A stretch of 64,000 nucleotides of DNA from a virus: the IMG/VR virus record IMGVR_UViG_3300025141_016305, positions 32,001-96,000 of that record. One strand, 5' to 3'. Made by a program: the position numbers and the translations under genes. Shown here one piece after another: positions 37,306 to 47,056 of this stretch; position 1 is the first letter of the stretch; the number at the start of each line of letters is the position of its first letter. The notes beneath the pieces were generated by a model, which ran no database searches, was not told the DNA's origin, and worked only from the letters and a program-made list of their open reading frames with translations.

Positions 37306-37508
37306 CGTTCGGTGGATCCATGCTTCCATTTAACAGCCATATCAACAAGAGCTTGGGTTCCAATATATGCTAATGTGATAGCTGTCCAATTATCGCTCGT
37401 TACGGTACCGTACGCACAGAGTCCGGTTGCTGTAATCCATGCTAAAAACTTGCGAGAAATAAATCTCTCTGTATATTTGTCTGCAAAAGCCTTTACCGCG
37501 GTCATCAT
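37302..37508 (-). CDS. Putative holin (two TM segments)
   Basis: 68 aa; SRKFLAWITATGL and WTAITLAYIGTQALVD; GGAG RBS. Confidence 0.6.
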   Translation of the reverse strand: MMTAVKAFADKYTERFISRKFLAWITATGLCAYGTVTSDNWTAITLAYIGTQALVDMAVKWKHGSTER

Positions 37509-37517
37509 AATTTCCTC

Positions 37518-40500
37518 CTAGATATTTACATGTGCAAATCCAGATTTCTTTTCAATATTAATCTGCATATCTACACAGTCCTTTAAACTATCTAGGTGCG
37601 AGATAAGAATAACTGTCTTAAAATAACCCTTTACCATGTCTAAAATGCGAACAAAGCCCTCCATATTTTCTTCGTCTAACGCGGTACCGGGTTCGTCGAG
37701 AATGAATAAGTCTGATTTAGGCAAGCTGGATACAGTTAAAAAAGCTAGACGGATAGCCATAGAGGCTATTGTCTTTTCTGCTCCAGACCCCATCTCTAAT
37801 GGTCTGGGGTCGTACTCTGGGTGCTTGATGAAAATATCTAACTTGTCGTCGCTATTTGAAATAAAGATTTCAAAATCCACAATATTCGTTAAGATTTTTG
37901 CAATCTCCTGATTTATGAACGGAAGTCTCTCTTTGATAATATCATAAGAAACTCCACTTGGATGACAACAAGTCATCAGCAAGTGATATGCTGCGAAGTC
38001 TTCCTTTAAGGTTTCGTATTCTTCCAATTGCTGTTGCATATGTATCAACTTCTGTTCCAGGGAACCATGCTTTTTGTGGAGGTTCATGATCCGGTTTTCG
38101 CACAGGGCAGATTCCTTTTCCCCTTTTTTAATATCTACATCTAAAGCGCTTTGCTTTCTTAGCAGATCCTTAAGATTCTCAATAGACTCCTTGTTAATTT
38201 CGTATTCTTCACTTTTCTTCTGCAGGTTCTCTAGTTCCACCTGTTCTTTAAACAGCAGACTATCGGCTCGCTCCACAGTCAAGCGGTTGCTGGTTATCGA
38301 TGTCGCAAACTTGTTCCTCTTTTCTACCAAAAGATTGTAGTTCTCAATATGAGATTCCACCTCTTCTGGTGATAAGTCTGAAATCTCTTTCCCTAGACGA
38401 TTCACATTAAGTGATAAGTCTCTCTGTTTTACTTCTGTAATTTGAATAAGGTCGATGGCGGAATGGGCATCTTTAATAAATTTACAAGTGGGGTACTGAG
38501 ACCCGCATGGAACCTCCAAGAGAAGATCTTGCTTCTTTCTGCCGGTGATGATTTCATCGCTACTCTTTCTGATTTCTTGCAAAAAATTTCTAAGCTCGTC
38601 TTTTTTGGAGTCAATAATTTCCTTTTTCTCTTCAAAAGAAGTGATATCAAAACCTTCTAAGAAATCAGAAATCTTCTTAAACACAACCTCTTCTGATTCT
38701 AACGCCTTGAGAGAGTCTGTCTTTTTAGAAGTCAAAGACAAAATAGAATTCTTCTTTACTTCTATTTCTTTCATGGTCATAACAGGATCGATGATTTCGG
38801 CCGGAACTGAGTCTATCTTTTCCTGGATTTGTCCTAACTCTTCTGTTAGAAGCGCAGTGTTGTCTTTTAGAGCCAAACAAAGGGCCCTGTTCTTCTCTAT
38901 TGAAAGCCCACTCTTAGCTATATCTCCTTTGATTCCCTTTATCTCAGTATCAAAATCAATATGATCAATTCTCTTAAGTGCTATCTTTGTTGCAGCAGAC
39001 TCTTCTTTTGCCAGTTTGAACTTCTTATCAAAGAGTTCCAAATCCAAAAACTTCGCCAAAAACTCTTTGCGTTTAGTTGAACCTTCGTTTATGAAAGATA
39101 AGGCCTCAAGCTGACTGGCCATCGAAGTCATTAGAAAATCACTGTGGGTTCCAAAGTATTTTCTTACGTTTTTATCTGTATCTTGGCGGGATGTTCCATT
39201 GAGGCTAGTGTTATTGCCAATCAGGTCTTGCTTATAGAACTCCAGATCAGTACTAGCTTCTTGCGTTTCCTCTCCCTTTAGGCGCTTAACATACTTCTTA
39301 GACGACCTTTCCACTATATATTCTTCATCGTGAACCTTAATTGTTGCCCGAGAGCGGCACTCATCCTTATTTTGATTGATTATGTTTAGGTTTTTTCTGA
39401 TAGATTTAGACGTGGTATTATATAAGGAATATAGCAGACTATCAACAATCGAAGATTTACCTGAATAGTTCTTGCCAAAAATGCCTACTATGCCTTCAAG
39501 ATTTGTAAAATCAATTCTGTTTCCCTCGCCATAGTTAAACAGATTGTCCCATTCGAGAGTTTGAAGCGACCAATGTACATTTCTCATTACGTCTTCACCC
39601 TCTTCAATCTGGGTATTATATTTCTTATTGAGTTCATACACTCGTTTCATTACTTCTTCGGAGGCGTTGAATTCCTCTAGGTAATCTGCAATGAGATCTT
39701 CTTGTGTCTTTATACTTCTCAGGTCCCTCTTTTCAATACCATCGGCAGAAGGGACTGTAACTTGCTTTCCTGCCGCTCTATTCAAGTATGTGACCGACTC
39801 AGGCTTGTACTTATACTTTGCTATGTCTACTGCTTTTCGGACCTTCTCAAGCGAGACATTGTTCTTAGATACAATCCTAAGCCTCGCGCCCAAAGGAGGC
39901 ACCGGTCGCGGCAAGTTACCCTTCTCGGTCAAGGAGATTGTAACGAAAGGCTTAGGATTGTTGAATGTGATCAGTTTATTGGTAAAGTTATTTTTGTCTT
40001 GGATATCCCAGAGCAAATAACCTTTCTCTAATGATTCCCCGAAGTTCTGCTGTACGGTCGACCCAGCATACCAGATTCTACCTTCCTTATCTAGCTGCTG
40101 AGTTTTGTGGATATCCCCCAAGAAGGCAAAGTCAAACTCATCAAAAATTTCAATATTGTGATCTCCGCCTAGGGTCCAGTTCTGATCCGTCTTTGATTTG
40201 TCTATCGCGCCGTGATACAAGGCGATATTAACTGCTTCTGGGTTTGTAGGTTCAATCCAATTCTCTTCATCAAAGACAGAAAGAACATTTAAGCAAAACT
40301 GATTGTTTAATTTTGCTTCTCCGGCGGTTTTGAGCAAAATAAGATTTGGTGAATTAATTGCTTTCACAATCGGTGATAAAGCATCTTGCCTAGAGTCATT
40401 CCTCAAATTGCCATCATGATTGCCTAATATAACATAGGTGGGTGCAATGGCTGCCAAGTTCTCGAAGAAGTCTCGACACATATCTACGAATTCTGGTGAT

Positions 40501-40655
40501 ATCTGTGTCTTCGTATGGGCTATATCTCCGCAGTGGATAATATAATCTACGTTTTCTTCTTTTAGTGATTTATAAAGTTGTTTGAACACTTCTCTATATT
40601 CGAAGTGGTATTTTAAATTACGGATATGGGTATCCGCAATATGAGCAAATCTCAT
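37518..40655 (-). CDS. Fused Mre11/SbcD nuclease - Rad50/SbcC ATPase (gp47-gp46-like)
   Basis: Metallophosphoesterase motifs ADTH, GD, GNHD and GDIH; then Walker A GKNYSGKSS, Q-loop, long coiled coil, GSGAEK signature, Walker B FILDEP and ISH. Confidence 0.93.
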   Translation of the reverse strand: MRFAHIADTHIRNLKYHFEYREVFKQLYKSLKEENVDYIIHCGDIAHTKTQISPEFVDMCRDFFENLAAIAPTYVILGNHDGNLRNDSRQDALSPIVKAINSPNLILLKTAGEAKLNNQFCLNVLSVFDEENWIEPTNPEAVNIALYHGAIDKSKTDQNWTLGGDHNIEIFDEFDFAFLGDIHKTQQLDKEGRIWYAGSTVQQNFGESLEKGYLLWDIQDKNNFTNKLITFNNPKPFVTISLTEKGNLPRPVPPLGARLRIVSKNNVSLEKVRKAVDIAKYKYKPESVTYLNRAAGKQVTVPSADGIEKRDLRSIKTQEDLIADYLEEFNASEEVMKRVYELNKKYNTQIEEGEDVMRNVHWSLQTLEWDNLFNYGEGNRIDFTNLEGIVGIFGKNYSGKSSIVDSLLYSLYNTTSKSIRKNLNIINQNKDECRSRATIKVHDEEYIVERSSKKYVKRLKGEETQEASTDLEFYKQDLIGNNTSLNGTSRQDTDKNVRKYFGTHSDFLMTSMASQLEALSFINEGSTKRKEFLAKFLDLELFDKKFKLAKEESAATKIALKRIDHIDFDTEIKGIKGDIAKSGLSIEKNRALCLALKDNTALLTEELGQIQEKIDSVPAEIIDPVMTMKEIEVKKNSILSLTSKKTDSLKALESEEVVFKKISDFLEGFDITSFEEKKEIIDSKKDELRNFLQEIRKSSDEIITGRKKQDLLLEVPCGSQYPTCKFIKDAHSAIDLIQITEVKQRDLSLNVNRLGKEISDLSPEEVESHIENYNLLVEKRNKFATSITSNRLTVERADSLLFKEQVELENLQKKSEEYEINKESIENLKDLLRKQSALDVDIKKGEKESALCENRIMNLHKKHGSLEQKLIHMQQQLEEYETLKEDFAAYHLLMTCCHPSGVSYDIIKERLPFINQEIAKILTNIVDFEIFISNSDDKLDIFIKHPEYDPRPLEMGSGAEKTIASMAIRLAFLTVSSLPKSDLFILDEPGTALDEENMEGFVRILDMVKGYFKTVILISHLDSLKDCVDMQINIEKKSGFAHVNI

Positions 40656-40680
40656 CTATTCTCCATGAGTAGTTTTGATT

Positions 40681-40709
40681 AGTATAACAGGATCTGATGT
40701 GGTCGTCAA
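40681..40709 (-). promoter_or_regulatory. sigma70-type promoter for the Mre11-Rad50 gene
   Basis: TTGACG-17 nt-TATACT with extended -10 TG; GGAG RBS downstream. Confidence 0.8.
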
Positions 40710-40712
40710 GAA

Positions 40713-41147
40713 CTATTTAGGGAATGCGTGCTTGCTGGTCTGATACAGGAATTGCCTAAAAGCTTCACTGTTTGTTCCTAGTTTTCTGGCTTTCCAAGCC
40801 TCAACTGCAGCGATATGTAGTGATTTTCTCGCAGTGGCAGATGGAATTGCTCGAAAAGCTCGTGTTGCGGCGTTGACTGCGGCCCGCTCTACGGCGTACT
40901 GCGTCGGCAGCGCTGCAGCTGGGACACCAAGTACGCCCAAGACGGCCGCGGCGGCGGCGCCTTGGCCGGTGCCAACATCTTTCACAAATTGCACTGCTTT
41001 AGCTATCTCATCTGGGTCCCCGTCTTTTAGTCTTGTTTGAAGGTTCTGGTGTGCTCCTGCTTCAATTGGATCGTCGAGCATATATAGTTCTTTTAAGGTA
41101 TTTCTAATTTCTTCTTTTATAATTTTAATAAGGTCTGATTTTTTCAT
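40713..41147 (-). CDS. Hypothetical protein with MKKSDLIKIIKEEIR N-terminus (possible internal head protein)
   Basis: Shared N-terminal L..II.EE motif; Ala-rich body. Confidence 0.6.
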   Translation of the reverse strand: MKKSDLIKIIKEEIRNTLKELYMLDDPIEAGAHQNLQTRLKDGDPDEIAKAVQFVKDVGTGQGAAAAAVLGVLGVPAAALPTQYAVERAAVNAATRAFRAIPSATARKSLHIAAVEAWKARKLGTNSEAFRQFLYQTSKHAFPK

Positions 41148-41153
41148 TGGTTA

Positions 41154-41324
41154 TTAAAATCTCCTTAATCCAAGTTTTTCTAGCTGATCTGAAGTAAGCT
41201 TTTCAAGAATAATGGCGAAAGCTTTCTTCTCAGCTTCTGTGATCATGTTTAGATCCCCAGTGTCAGCAAGATGTTGCATTTCTTCCGCTATGATTTCTTT
41301 AAGTCTTCTTTTGGTAAGTTCCAT
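41154..41324 (-). CDS. Unannotated 56-aa protein MELTKRRLKEIIAEEMQHLADTGDLNMITEAEKKAFAIILEKLTSDQLEKLGLRRF
   Basis: Manual translation; GAGG RBS; fills the gap; same L..II.EE motif. Confidence 0.75.
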   Translation of the reverse strand: MELTKRRLKEIIAEEMQHLADTGDLNMITEAEKKAFAIILEKLTSDQLEKLGLRRF

Positions 41325-41334
41325 ATTTTAATCC

Positions 41335-42252
41335 TCAAAAATTAAGTTTGTATTTTAAATAGTCCAAATCTGAAACAAAATCCGCATTTTGTTTCCTCTT
41401 TTCGACCTCTTCCTTTGGCATTTCGCCAATGTCTGCGAAAGGTGTTATCGAAAACGTCTTCACAGATATATTGTATTCTCTCAGTTTTTTGGCAATTCTC
41501 AGCTCTTTATCTTTTGCATCTTCGTCCAAAGAGATATAAACATCTGGCTGTCTGTCACATATTTTTTGAAATAGTTTTGATTTCTCTCTCAGAGTTGAAC
41601 CAAGCAGGGGGATTGCATTTTTGCACTTCATCGCATCAAACACGCCCTCTACTAAAAGTATATCATCATCCCAATCGATATTTAAGTCATTGAAAATAAT
41701 GTCCTTACTAACTTGAGGATTTTTGTATTTGGCCCAATCGTCTGCGTAAGACCTAGCGATAAAAAAGTTTAGATTTCCGAGATGGTCAAAAGATGGAACG
41801 ATTACTCTGTCCTTGTATTCACCATAGTTACAAAACCCAACTTTCCACTTGAGAATATCCAGATCGGTATATCCTCGCGCATACATATAATTTAAAGCCT
41901 TCCTTTTGACAGGGGTCTTTTTTCCTGTTAAAGTCTGAAAATGCTCTGGTAAATCAATAATTTGTGGTGGAGGCTTTATTTCTTCTGCGAAGATCGTGTC
42001 ATATTTGGAAAGATCAACTTCTCCTTCTAGTAGTCTCCAGTCCGCATAATAAGACGGAGCATACCGCCGGATCAGTGGAGATATTTTTGTTCCAGAGTAA
42101 TCGCATATCCAGCACTTAAACACTCCCTTTTCAGGATTAACTGAAAGCTTTAGCTTGTGGTGATTACACTTTGGACAATGAAAAAGGTGCTCTTCTCCGT
42201 TTGACCAGCATCGCCCTAGGGCTTTTTTAAGTAGTTTCAGCTTGTCCGACAA
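41335..42252 (-). CDS. DNA primase (DnaG/gp61-like; Zn finger + TOPRIM)
   Basis: CPKC...CWIC, RVIVP...FIAR..KYKNP, LVEGVFDA and LDEDA. Confidence 0.9.
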   Translation of the reverse strand: MSDKLKLLKKALGRCWSNGEEHLFHCPKCNHHKLKLSVNPEKGVFKCWICDYSGTKISPLIRRYAPSYYADWRLLEGEVDLSKYDTIFAEEIKPPPQIIDLPEHFQTLTGKKTPVKRKALNYMYARGYTDLDILKWKVGFCNYGEYKDRVIVPSFDHLGNLNFFIARSYADDWAKYKNPQVSKDIIFNDLNIDWDDDILLVEGVFDAMKCKNAIPLLGSTLREKSKLFQKICDRQPDVYISLDEDAKDKELRIAKKLREYNISVKTFSITPFADIGEMPKEEVEKRKQNADFVSDLDYLKYKLNF

Positions 42253-42766
42253 GTTTTGACCCCGCTAATCCAATTACAATACTGTCACACATGTCATAAG
42301 TCCCGGGTTTGGGATTTCCATGTTTTGTATATTCTATCGTAATTTGAGGGTAGTTGTCAAGGACAAATTGCAACACTTTTTCTTTGGCGATTTCTCCGCG
42401 ATGAATTTTAACCCCAGCAACCTTTCGGGCCGAAGTTGCTGCTATCATTTCCGGCTTCATTCCGAAAATTTCATAACATTGCCATGATACAATACCATTG
42501 AAGCGAGAAAGTGTCGATAATGTACGAGCAGAGGAAAAACCACTACGAAAAGATTGCAAGGATTGTTCAACGTATATATTTGTTATGTTATGGTTTTTTT
42601 TAATTTTCAACAAATCATCCTTTAAAAGGTCGGCTTTCTCATATAAAGTAGGAAACTTTCGCTTATTTCTAGTATCCCAAATGAAGCTTTCGATTATTTT
42701 ATTATCTTCTATTATAGAAGCTCCCGTAATAGATGTTGATATATCAAGTCCTAGAATTTTTTTCAT
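42227..42766 (-). CDS. RuvC-like Holliday junction resolvase
   Basis: ILGLDISTSITG, IYVEQ, L.RFNG and D..DSIVIG catalytic pattern. Confidence 0.85.
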   Translation of the reverse strand: MKKILGLDISTSITGASIIEDNKIIESFIWDTRNKRKFPTLYEKADLLKDDLLKIKKNHNITNIYVEQSLQSFRSGFSSARTLSTLSRFNGIVSWQCYEIFGMKPEMIAATSARKVAGVKIHRGEIAKEKVLQFVLDNYPQITIEYTKHGNPKPGTYDMCDSIVIGLAGSKLVGQAETT

Positions 42767-43415
42767 ATAATATTTTTAACAACCTCTCTAAAGTGTTTTC
42801 TTTTTTTTCTTCATCTTCAGAAAAATACCATTTCCACACCAATGTTGATTCTATCATATGTAATTGCCTTTTGATATCATTTATTTTTTGTTGTGTTAAT
42901 TTTATTTTTGCCTCCGGGACAACTGGTATGTCTATTCCCAATTCTAGGGCGACATCTGCTAAAGTGACCAAATTATCGTCTTCCATGGCAGCGATAGCCT
43001 TTTTAAAAAGAGCTTCTTTTTCTTTTTTAGTTTCCCCCTCCAAAGAACTAGTTTTGTCAGGATGTATTTTTGATGCGATTTTTTTAAAAAGCTTTTTAAC
43101 TTCAGGATCCTTTGATTTATCCTGCTCTACTTTCTTTTTGCTTATTTCTTCTGGTGTTGGGCCAGGGGTTGGCGGACGTTGATGGGATTGTTGATTTGGA
43201 TCAGGCTTTGCAACTTGCCTGATCTTATCGCTCTCTGGTTCGTCATCTTCTTTGATGTCTTCTAAATTTTCGGCCGAAGTTGAAAATTTATTCTGATAGA
43301 TAGTATCAACTTCCTTTGCTGCACTGTTAAATATTTCCTTGGCAACGGCAAGTTCTGATGTTAAAGATCCCAACTTAACAGACAAAAGTTTTATCTTTCT
43401 ATGAGCGGGAGACAC
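42744..43415 (-). CDS. J-domain (DnaJ-like, HPD) co-chaperone protein
   Basis: VKKLFKKIASKIHPDK...KEALFKKAIAAME; flanking coiled coils. Confidence 0.75.
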   Translation of the reverse strand: MSPAHRKIKLLSVKLGSLTSELAVAKEIFNSAAKEVDTIYQNKFSTSAENLEDIKEDDEPESDKIRQVAKPDPNQQSHQRPPTPGPTPEEISKKKVEQDKSKDPEVKKLFKKIASKIHPDKTSSLEGETKKEKEALFKKAIAAMEDDNLVTLADVALELGIDIPVVPEAKIKLTQQKINDIKRQLHMIESTLVWKWYFSEDEEKKENTLERLLKILYEKNSRT

Positions 43416-44629
43416 TAAAAGTCCAGCCGCAACTTAAACATATAATCTTTATATTCACTTTTCTTTACAGGATTTGCCAATGACGCGACGGCTATTAAGT
43501 TTTTATGTTCATCATATATTCCTATTTTCGAAATATATGTTACGTTCTCAAATCTCGAATCATAACCAGTAAATCCAGAATTCTTAACATTTTTTATTTG
43601 GCCAGGAGACTCTATAAACCCTGCTTGGTCTAAACTACCTGATGCTTTATTGTTTTTGTCAATAAACGTTGGGTTATTAGAGTAGTTAAATTCCGAAGCG
43701 TCGGCGTGGGCTAGCATTGTAATTGTCGGTATCTTATTGGTTCCCTTAAACTTTACTTCGTACGAGGAATCAATTACATCGCCATGGGTAATTTTTGTTC
43801 CCACCATATCAAGGCCGGTTCCGAAAGATAGCCAATTGGGTGCAGAGTTACTCCCGGGTGCTAGGTATTTATCTTGATATGTACTGTTTTGGGCCAAGGC
43901 GCCTGTCAATAGCATAATCCCTTGATTGTATAATACCATGCCAATTTGTGACCCGGAATGAATTCCATGAGTTGATATCAGTTCTCCGTTACCGTAAATA
44001 TCTTTTGCTTGAGATGTTAAAGATCCGGTCACATAAAAATTCAATTCTACCGTCTCTTTTATCATTTCAGATCCATAAAATATAGATGGAACACAAATCA
44101 TGTTAACCTTGCTGGTTCCCAAGGTGCTATATTTAACGGCTGTTTTTGTCAAGGGGTTTTGAGTGTTTATGACATTTTTTAAAGCCCGAATATATTTTTT
44201 GTTATCTGCCGCAAAAGATGGATTCCCAGCGCCCTGTGCAGAAAAAGTATTTTCATCAAACTCTTGGCCGGTGTCGATGTATATTCTACTAATCGAGGCT
44301 GTTAAAGGCAAGGTGTGAGTCAGAGTGTCTCCATTGGAAAACTGGCTTGAATCATCAAATTGTGTTGCACTAATAGATCTAAACGCATACCTTGTTGTAT
44401 CTTTTGAAACAAATTGACTAACCAGGGAATTTGCGGGGCGATTAATATTAAGCTCGTATAAACTAACATTGCCCTGTTCCATATGTTTTACATTGTTTTC
44501 AAAGCTACCGCTAAAATTTTCTTCGTAATTTAGATATACATTGTTGTTGTTGATTATGAAGTTAAACTCGGGCTTTGCGACAATTGTGCTGTAAACAATG
44601 TCCCTTGTTTTAAACTTCTTGAAAGACAT
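43415..44629 (-). CDS. Baseplate/fibre-attachment structural protein (paralog of 44632-45999)
   Basis: C-terminal EFNYSNNPT...ISKIGIYDE..NLIAVA.L..P.KK...KLRLDF. Confidence 0.6.
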   Translation of the reverse strand: MSFKKFKTRDIVYSTIVAKPEFNFIINNNNVYLNYEENFSGSFENNVKHMEQGNVSLYELNINRPANSLVSQFVSKDTTRYAFRSISATQFDDSSQFSNGDTLTHTLPLTASISRIYIDTGQEFDENTFSAQGAGNPSFAADNKKYIRALKNVINTQNPLTKTAVKYSTLGTSKVNMICVPSIFYGSEMIKETVELNFYVTGSLTSQAKDIYGNGELISTHGIHSGSQIGMVLYNQGIMLLTGALAQNSTYQDKYLAPGSNSAPNWLSFGTGLDMVGTKITHGDVIDSSYEVKFKGTNKIPTITMLAHADASEFNYSNNPTFIDKNNKASGSLDQAGFIESPGQIKNVKNSGFTGYDSRFENVTYISKIGIYDEHKNLIAVASLANPVKKSEYKDYMFKLRLDF

Positions 44630-44631
44630 TT

Positions 44632-45999
44632 TTAGTAATCCAGTCTAACCCTCAGAGTTAGCTCATTAGTAGGGTCTTTGCGCAAAGGCTCAGAAAGCTT
44701 TGCAACAGCTAACAATTCATTGTCAGCAGAATACATACCCACAGTCGTAACATAGGATCTGGGTAGAGCATCATACTCTCCGCCTTTGACTCTTATTTGT
44801 GACCCAGTTAAGTACGTAGGATTAGAACTATAATTAAATTCATTGTGATTTCCTCTGCAAAAATAAATAGTAGAATTTAATTCTGTTGTATTGTTGAACT
44901 GTATATTACAAATTCTGTGACGGTAATTATCACACATATCATTTATTGTACCAGATGCAAGCAAATTTTGAATCGGTGCATTAAGCGCGACACCATCTGT
45001 AGGGTATCTCGTGGCTGAGCTGGTCAAATTCATTGCTGCATTTACGCTTAACAAGCCGTCCATATCACGTTGGGCGTCGATATATCCGCCGACGGGATCA
45101 TCGGATGGTGAGGCCGCGTTGTACCCACCAACGTTGTGTAATCTTGAGTGGTCCAGCACCACAATTCCTGCTTGATAATATATTAAACCAACATTTAATC
45201 CAGTTCCACCGTTGGCAGAATTTGAAATTTGTATATGCCAAATTGTGTCTCCGCTTATTTCTGATGCTTTTAAAATTCCATACTCGCCGGCGGGTGAATT
45301 AATTTTATAGCTAGACTCTGCACCCGAATCAGAAATTCTTATTTGAGGACCTTTGGGTCCTTGAGGCAATGCGGTTGTCTTGTCATAACGGCCGACACCA
45401 TAATCGAACTGAAATGACCCTTTCTTTATTTCATCCTTAACAAGCAGTCTGGAAAAATTAATGAAAACTGGATCTAGAATTTTTTGTTGCAAGCGCCCAA
45501 AGGCACCGCGTCTGCCGTCGGCATCGGATGTAATGTCTGAATCGTTAAAATTTCCGTCTCTGTCAAACACTCTTATGTCGCCGTTTGAATCATAGCCGAG
45601 TAGTTGCTGAGCCATTTGATTGTATATATTGACTCTTTTGTTTGCTTGACCCAAACCAGAACCCGTAACGACTCTTTCATACAGTTGATCAGCATGTTCG
45701 TATACGCCCTCGAAGGAAGTCGCCATAGAGCCAGTGTTGGGAATTTTTCTGACTATACCACACGTGAGATCAAATAAATGATTTGCCGATGAACTAACAC
45801 ATGGATAGTCATATACAGACTGAAACATACCGTGAGTAAATGTTTTAATGTTATTCCCTCTCACTACAGTGTCAGTGCCTGCAGACTCTGCATAGGTGCC
45901 TGAAACCAATGTACCTGTAATTGGGATTGCCTCGTGAAGAAGCGTTCTGGAGTGGGCTCTTTCTGATTCCCCTAAACTTTTAAAAAATGTATTGGCCAT
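44632..45999 (-). CDS. Baseplate/fibre-attachment structural protein
   Basis: C-terminal EFNYSSNPT...VTTVGMYS..NELLAVAKLSEPLRK...RVRLDY. Confidence 0.6.
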   Translation of the reverse strand: MANTFFKSLGESERAHSRTLLHEAIPITGTLVSGTYAESAGTDTVVRGNNIKTFTHGMFQSVYDYPCVSSSANHLFDLTCGIVRKIPNTGSMATSFEGVYEHADQLYERVVTGSGLGQANKRVNIYNQMAQQLLGYDSNGDIRVFDRDGNFNDSDITSDADGRRGAFGRLQQKILDPVFINFSRLLVKDEIKKGSFQFDYGVGRYDKTTALPQGPKGPQIRISDSGAESSYKINSPAGEYGILKASEISGDTIWHIQISNSANGGTGLNVGLIYYQAGIVVLDHSRLHNVGGYNAASPSDDPVGGYIDAQRDMDGLLSVNAAMNLTSSATRYPTDGVALNAPIQNLLASGTINDMCDNYRHRICNIQFNNTTELNSTIYFCRGNHNEFNYSSNPTYLTGSQIRVKGGEYDALPRSYVTTVGMYSADNELLAVAKLSEPLRKDPTNELTLRVRLDY

Positions 46000-46018
46000 T
46001 ATGTTCTCCTAACTTATG

Positions 46019-47056
46019 TTAAACCTTTTTTATTATTCTTATCGGTACATCAATCGACTGCCCTGTCGTAACACCTACAACATTTATACTAGTGTCTATG
46101 TATTTGTAACTGGCAATAGATGCGCCGGATCCGTCGAATAAAGATATTGCAGCGGAAGAATCATTACCAAACTTATTGAATAAGGACATAGAATTTCTTA
46201 TATTGGGGGCAGCTTTAGGTCGGATACTCAGAACAGTGCCGAGTGGGCCGTCGAAACGCTCCACTTCTTTTGCACGATCTAAAGCGTCCGAGTCCATAGT
46301 TCTACTGATTTTCTTCCTCTTTCTTATATTTGCTCTGGGACCATATACTGTTCCTCTGGTATTGTCGCCCAAAGCAAAATAATATGTAGCCATAGAATCA
46401 TCATCCACAAATTGTGGTGCTAGCGCTGGTAACTCTCCGGAGCCAACATACTCACTTAACCTTATCAAGCGATGATCTACTCTTACCAAGAACGCTGTTT
46501 CCAACAGATCGGCAGGCATTTCATCAACAATGCTCAAGCCCGAAGATGATGCATCTCCTTGGATTCCTGTATCTACCGATATGCCTTTGCACAAATCATA
46601 TGGTGAATCGTCACCCAGTAAAACCCCCACTTTGGAACGACCTATGTTCGAAGCGTTGCCATTTGTTGTCGTGTTATAATCAGCAGTCAAAATGTAACCT
46701 TCCAAACTAAAACTTGTTCTTGCAGACATGTTACCAGCTATTTTTTGGCCGGTGCCTCCGTCACTTAACTTGAATGTCGGCATATATAATATATTGTTTC
46801 TATTGATTGTAACCAGCTTACTCTTCATAAGAGATGTGTTATTGGTAAAGGCTTCCAAAATTGGCGTCTGCATAACTTCAAGATCATAAAAGGCGGATCC
46901 ACTTGGGTGTGAAGAATTGTATATACCATAATTTATTTCTTCATCACCAAAAGCAAACTTAACAATCTTAAAATTTCCTTTTGCTAATCTTTGGCGGCCG
47001 GCGTCGGTGAGAACCGCGTCTAATATAATATCGCCCGAGTTATCTAAAAATGCCAT
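46019..47056 (-). CDS. Baseplate structural protein
   Basis: N-terminal ILDAVLTDAGRQRLAKGNFKIVKFAFGDEEINY. Confidence 0.6.
   Translation of the reverse strand: MAFLDNSGDIILDAVLTDAGRQRLAKGNFKIVKFAFGDEEINYGIYNSSHPSGSAFYDLEVMQTPILEAFTNNTSLMKSKLVTINRNNILYMPTFKLSDGGTGQKIAGNMSARTSFSLEGYILTADYNTTTNGNASNIGRSKVGVLLGDDSPYDLCKGISVDTGIQGDASSSGLSIVDEMPADLLETAFLVRVDHRLIRLSEYVGSGELPALAPQFVDDDSMATYYFALGDNTRGTVYGPRANIRKRKKISRTMDSDALDRAKEVERFDGPLGTVLSIRPKAAPNIRNSMSLFNKFGNDSSAAISLFDGSGASIASYKYIDTSINVVGVTTGQSIDVPIRIIKKV

Noticed and set aside
37502-37508. Holin dual-start (antiholin) motif from ATG ATG
   Set aside because: No charged residue between the two Met codons, unlike lambda S Met-Lys-Met.
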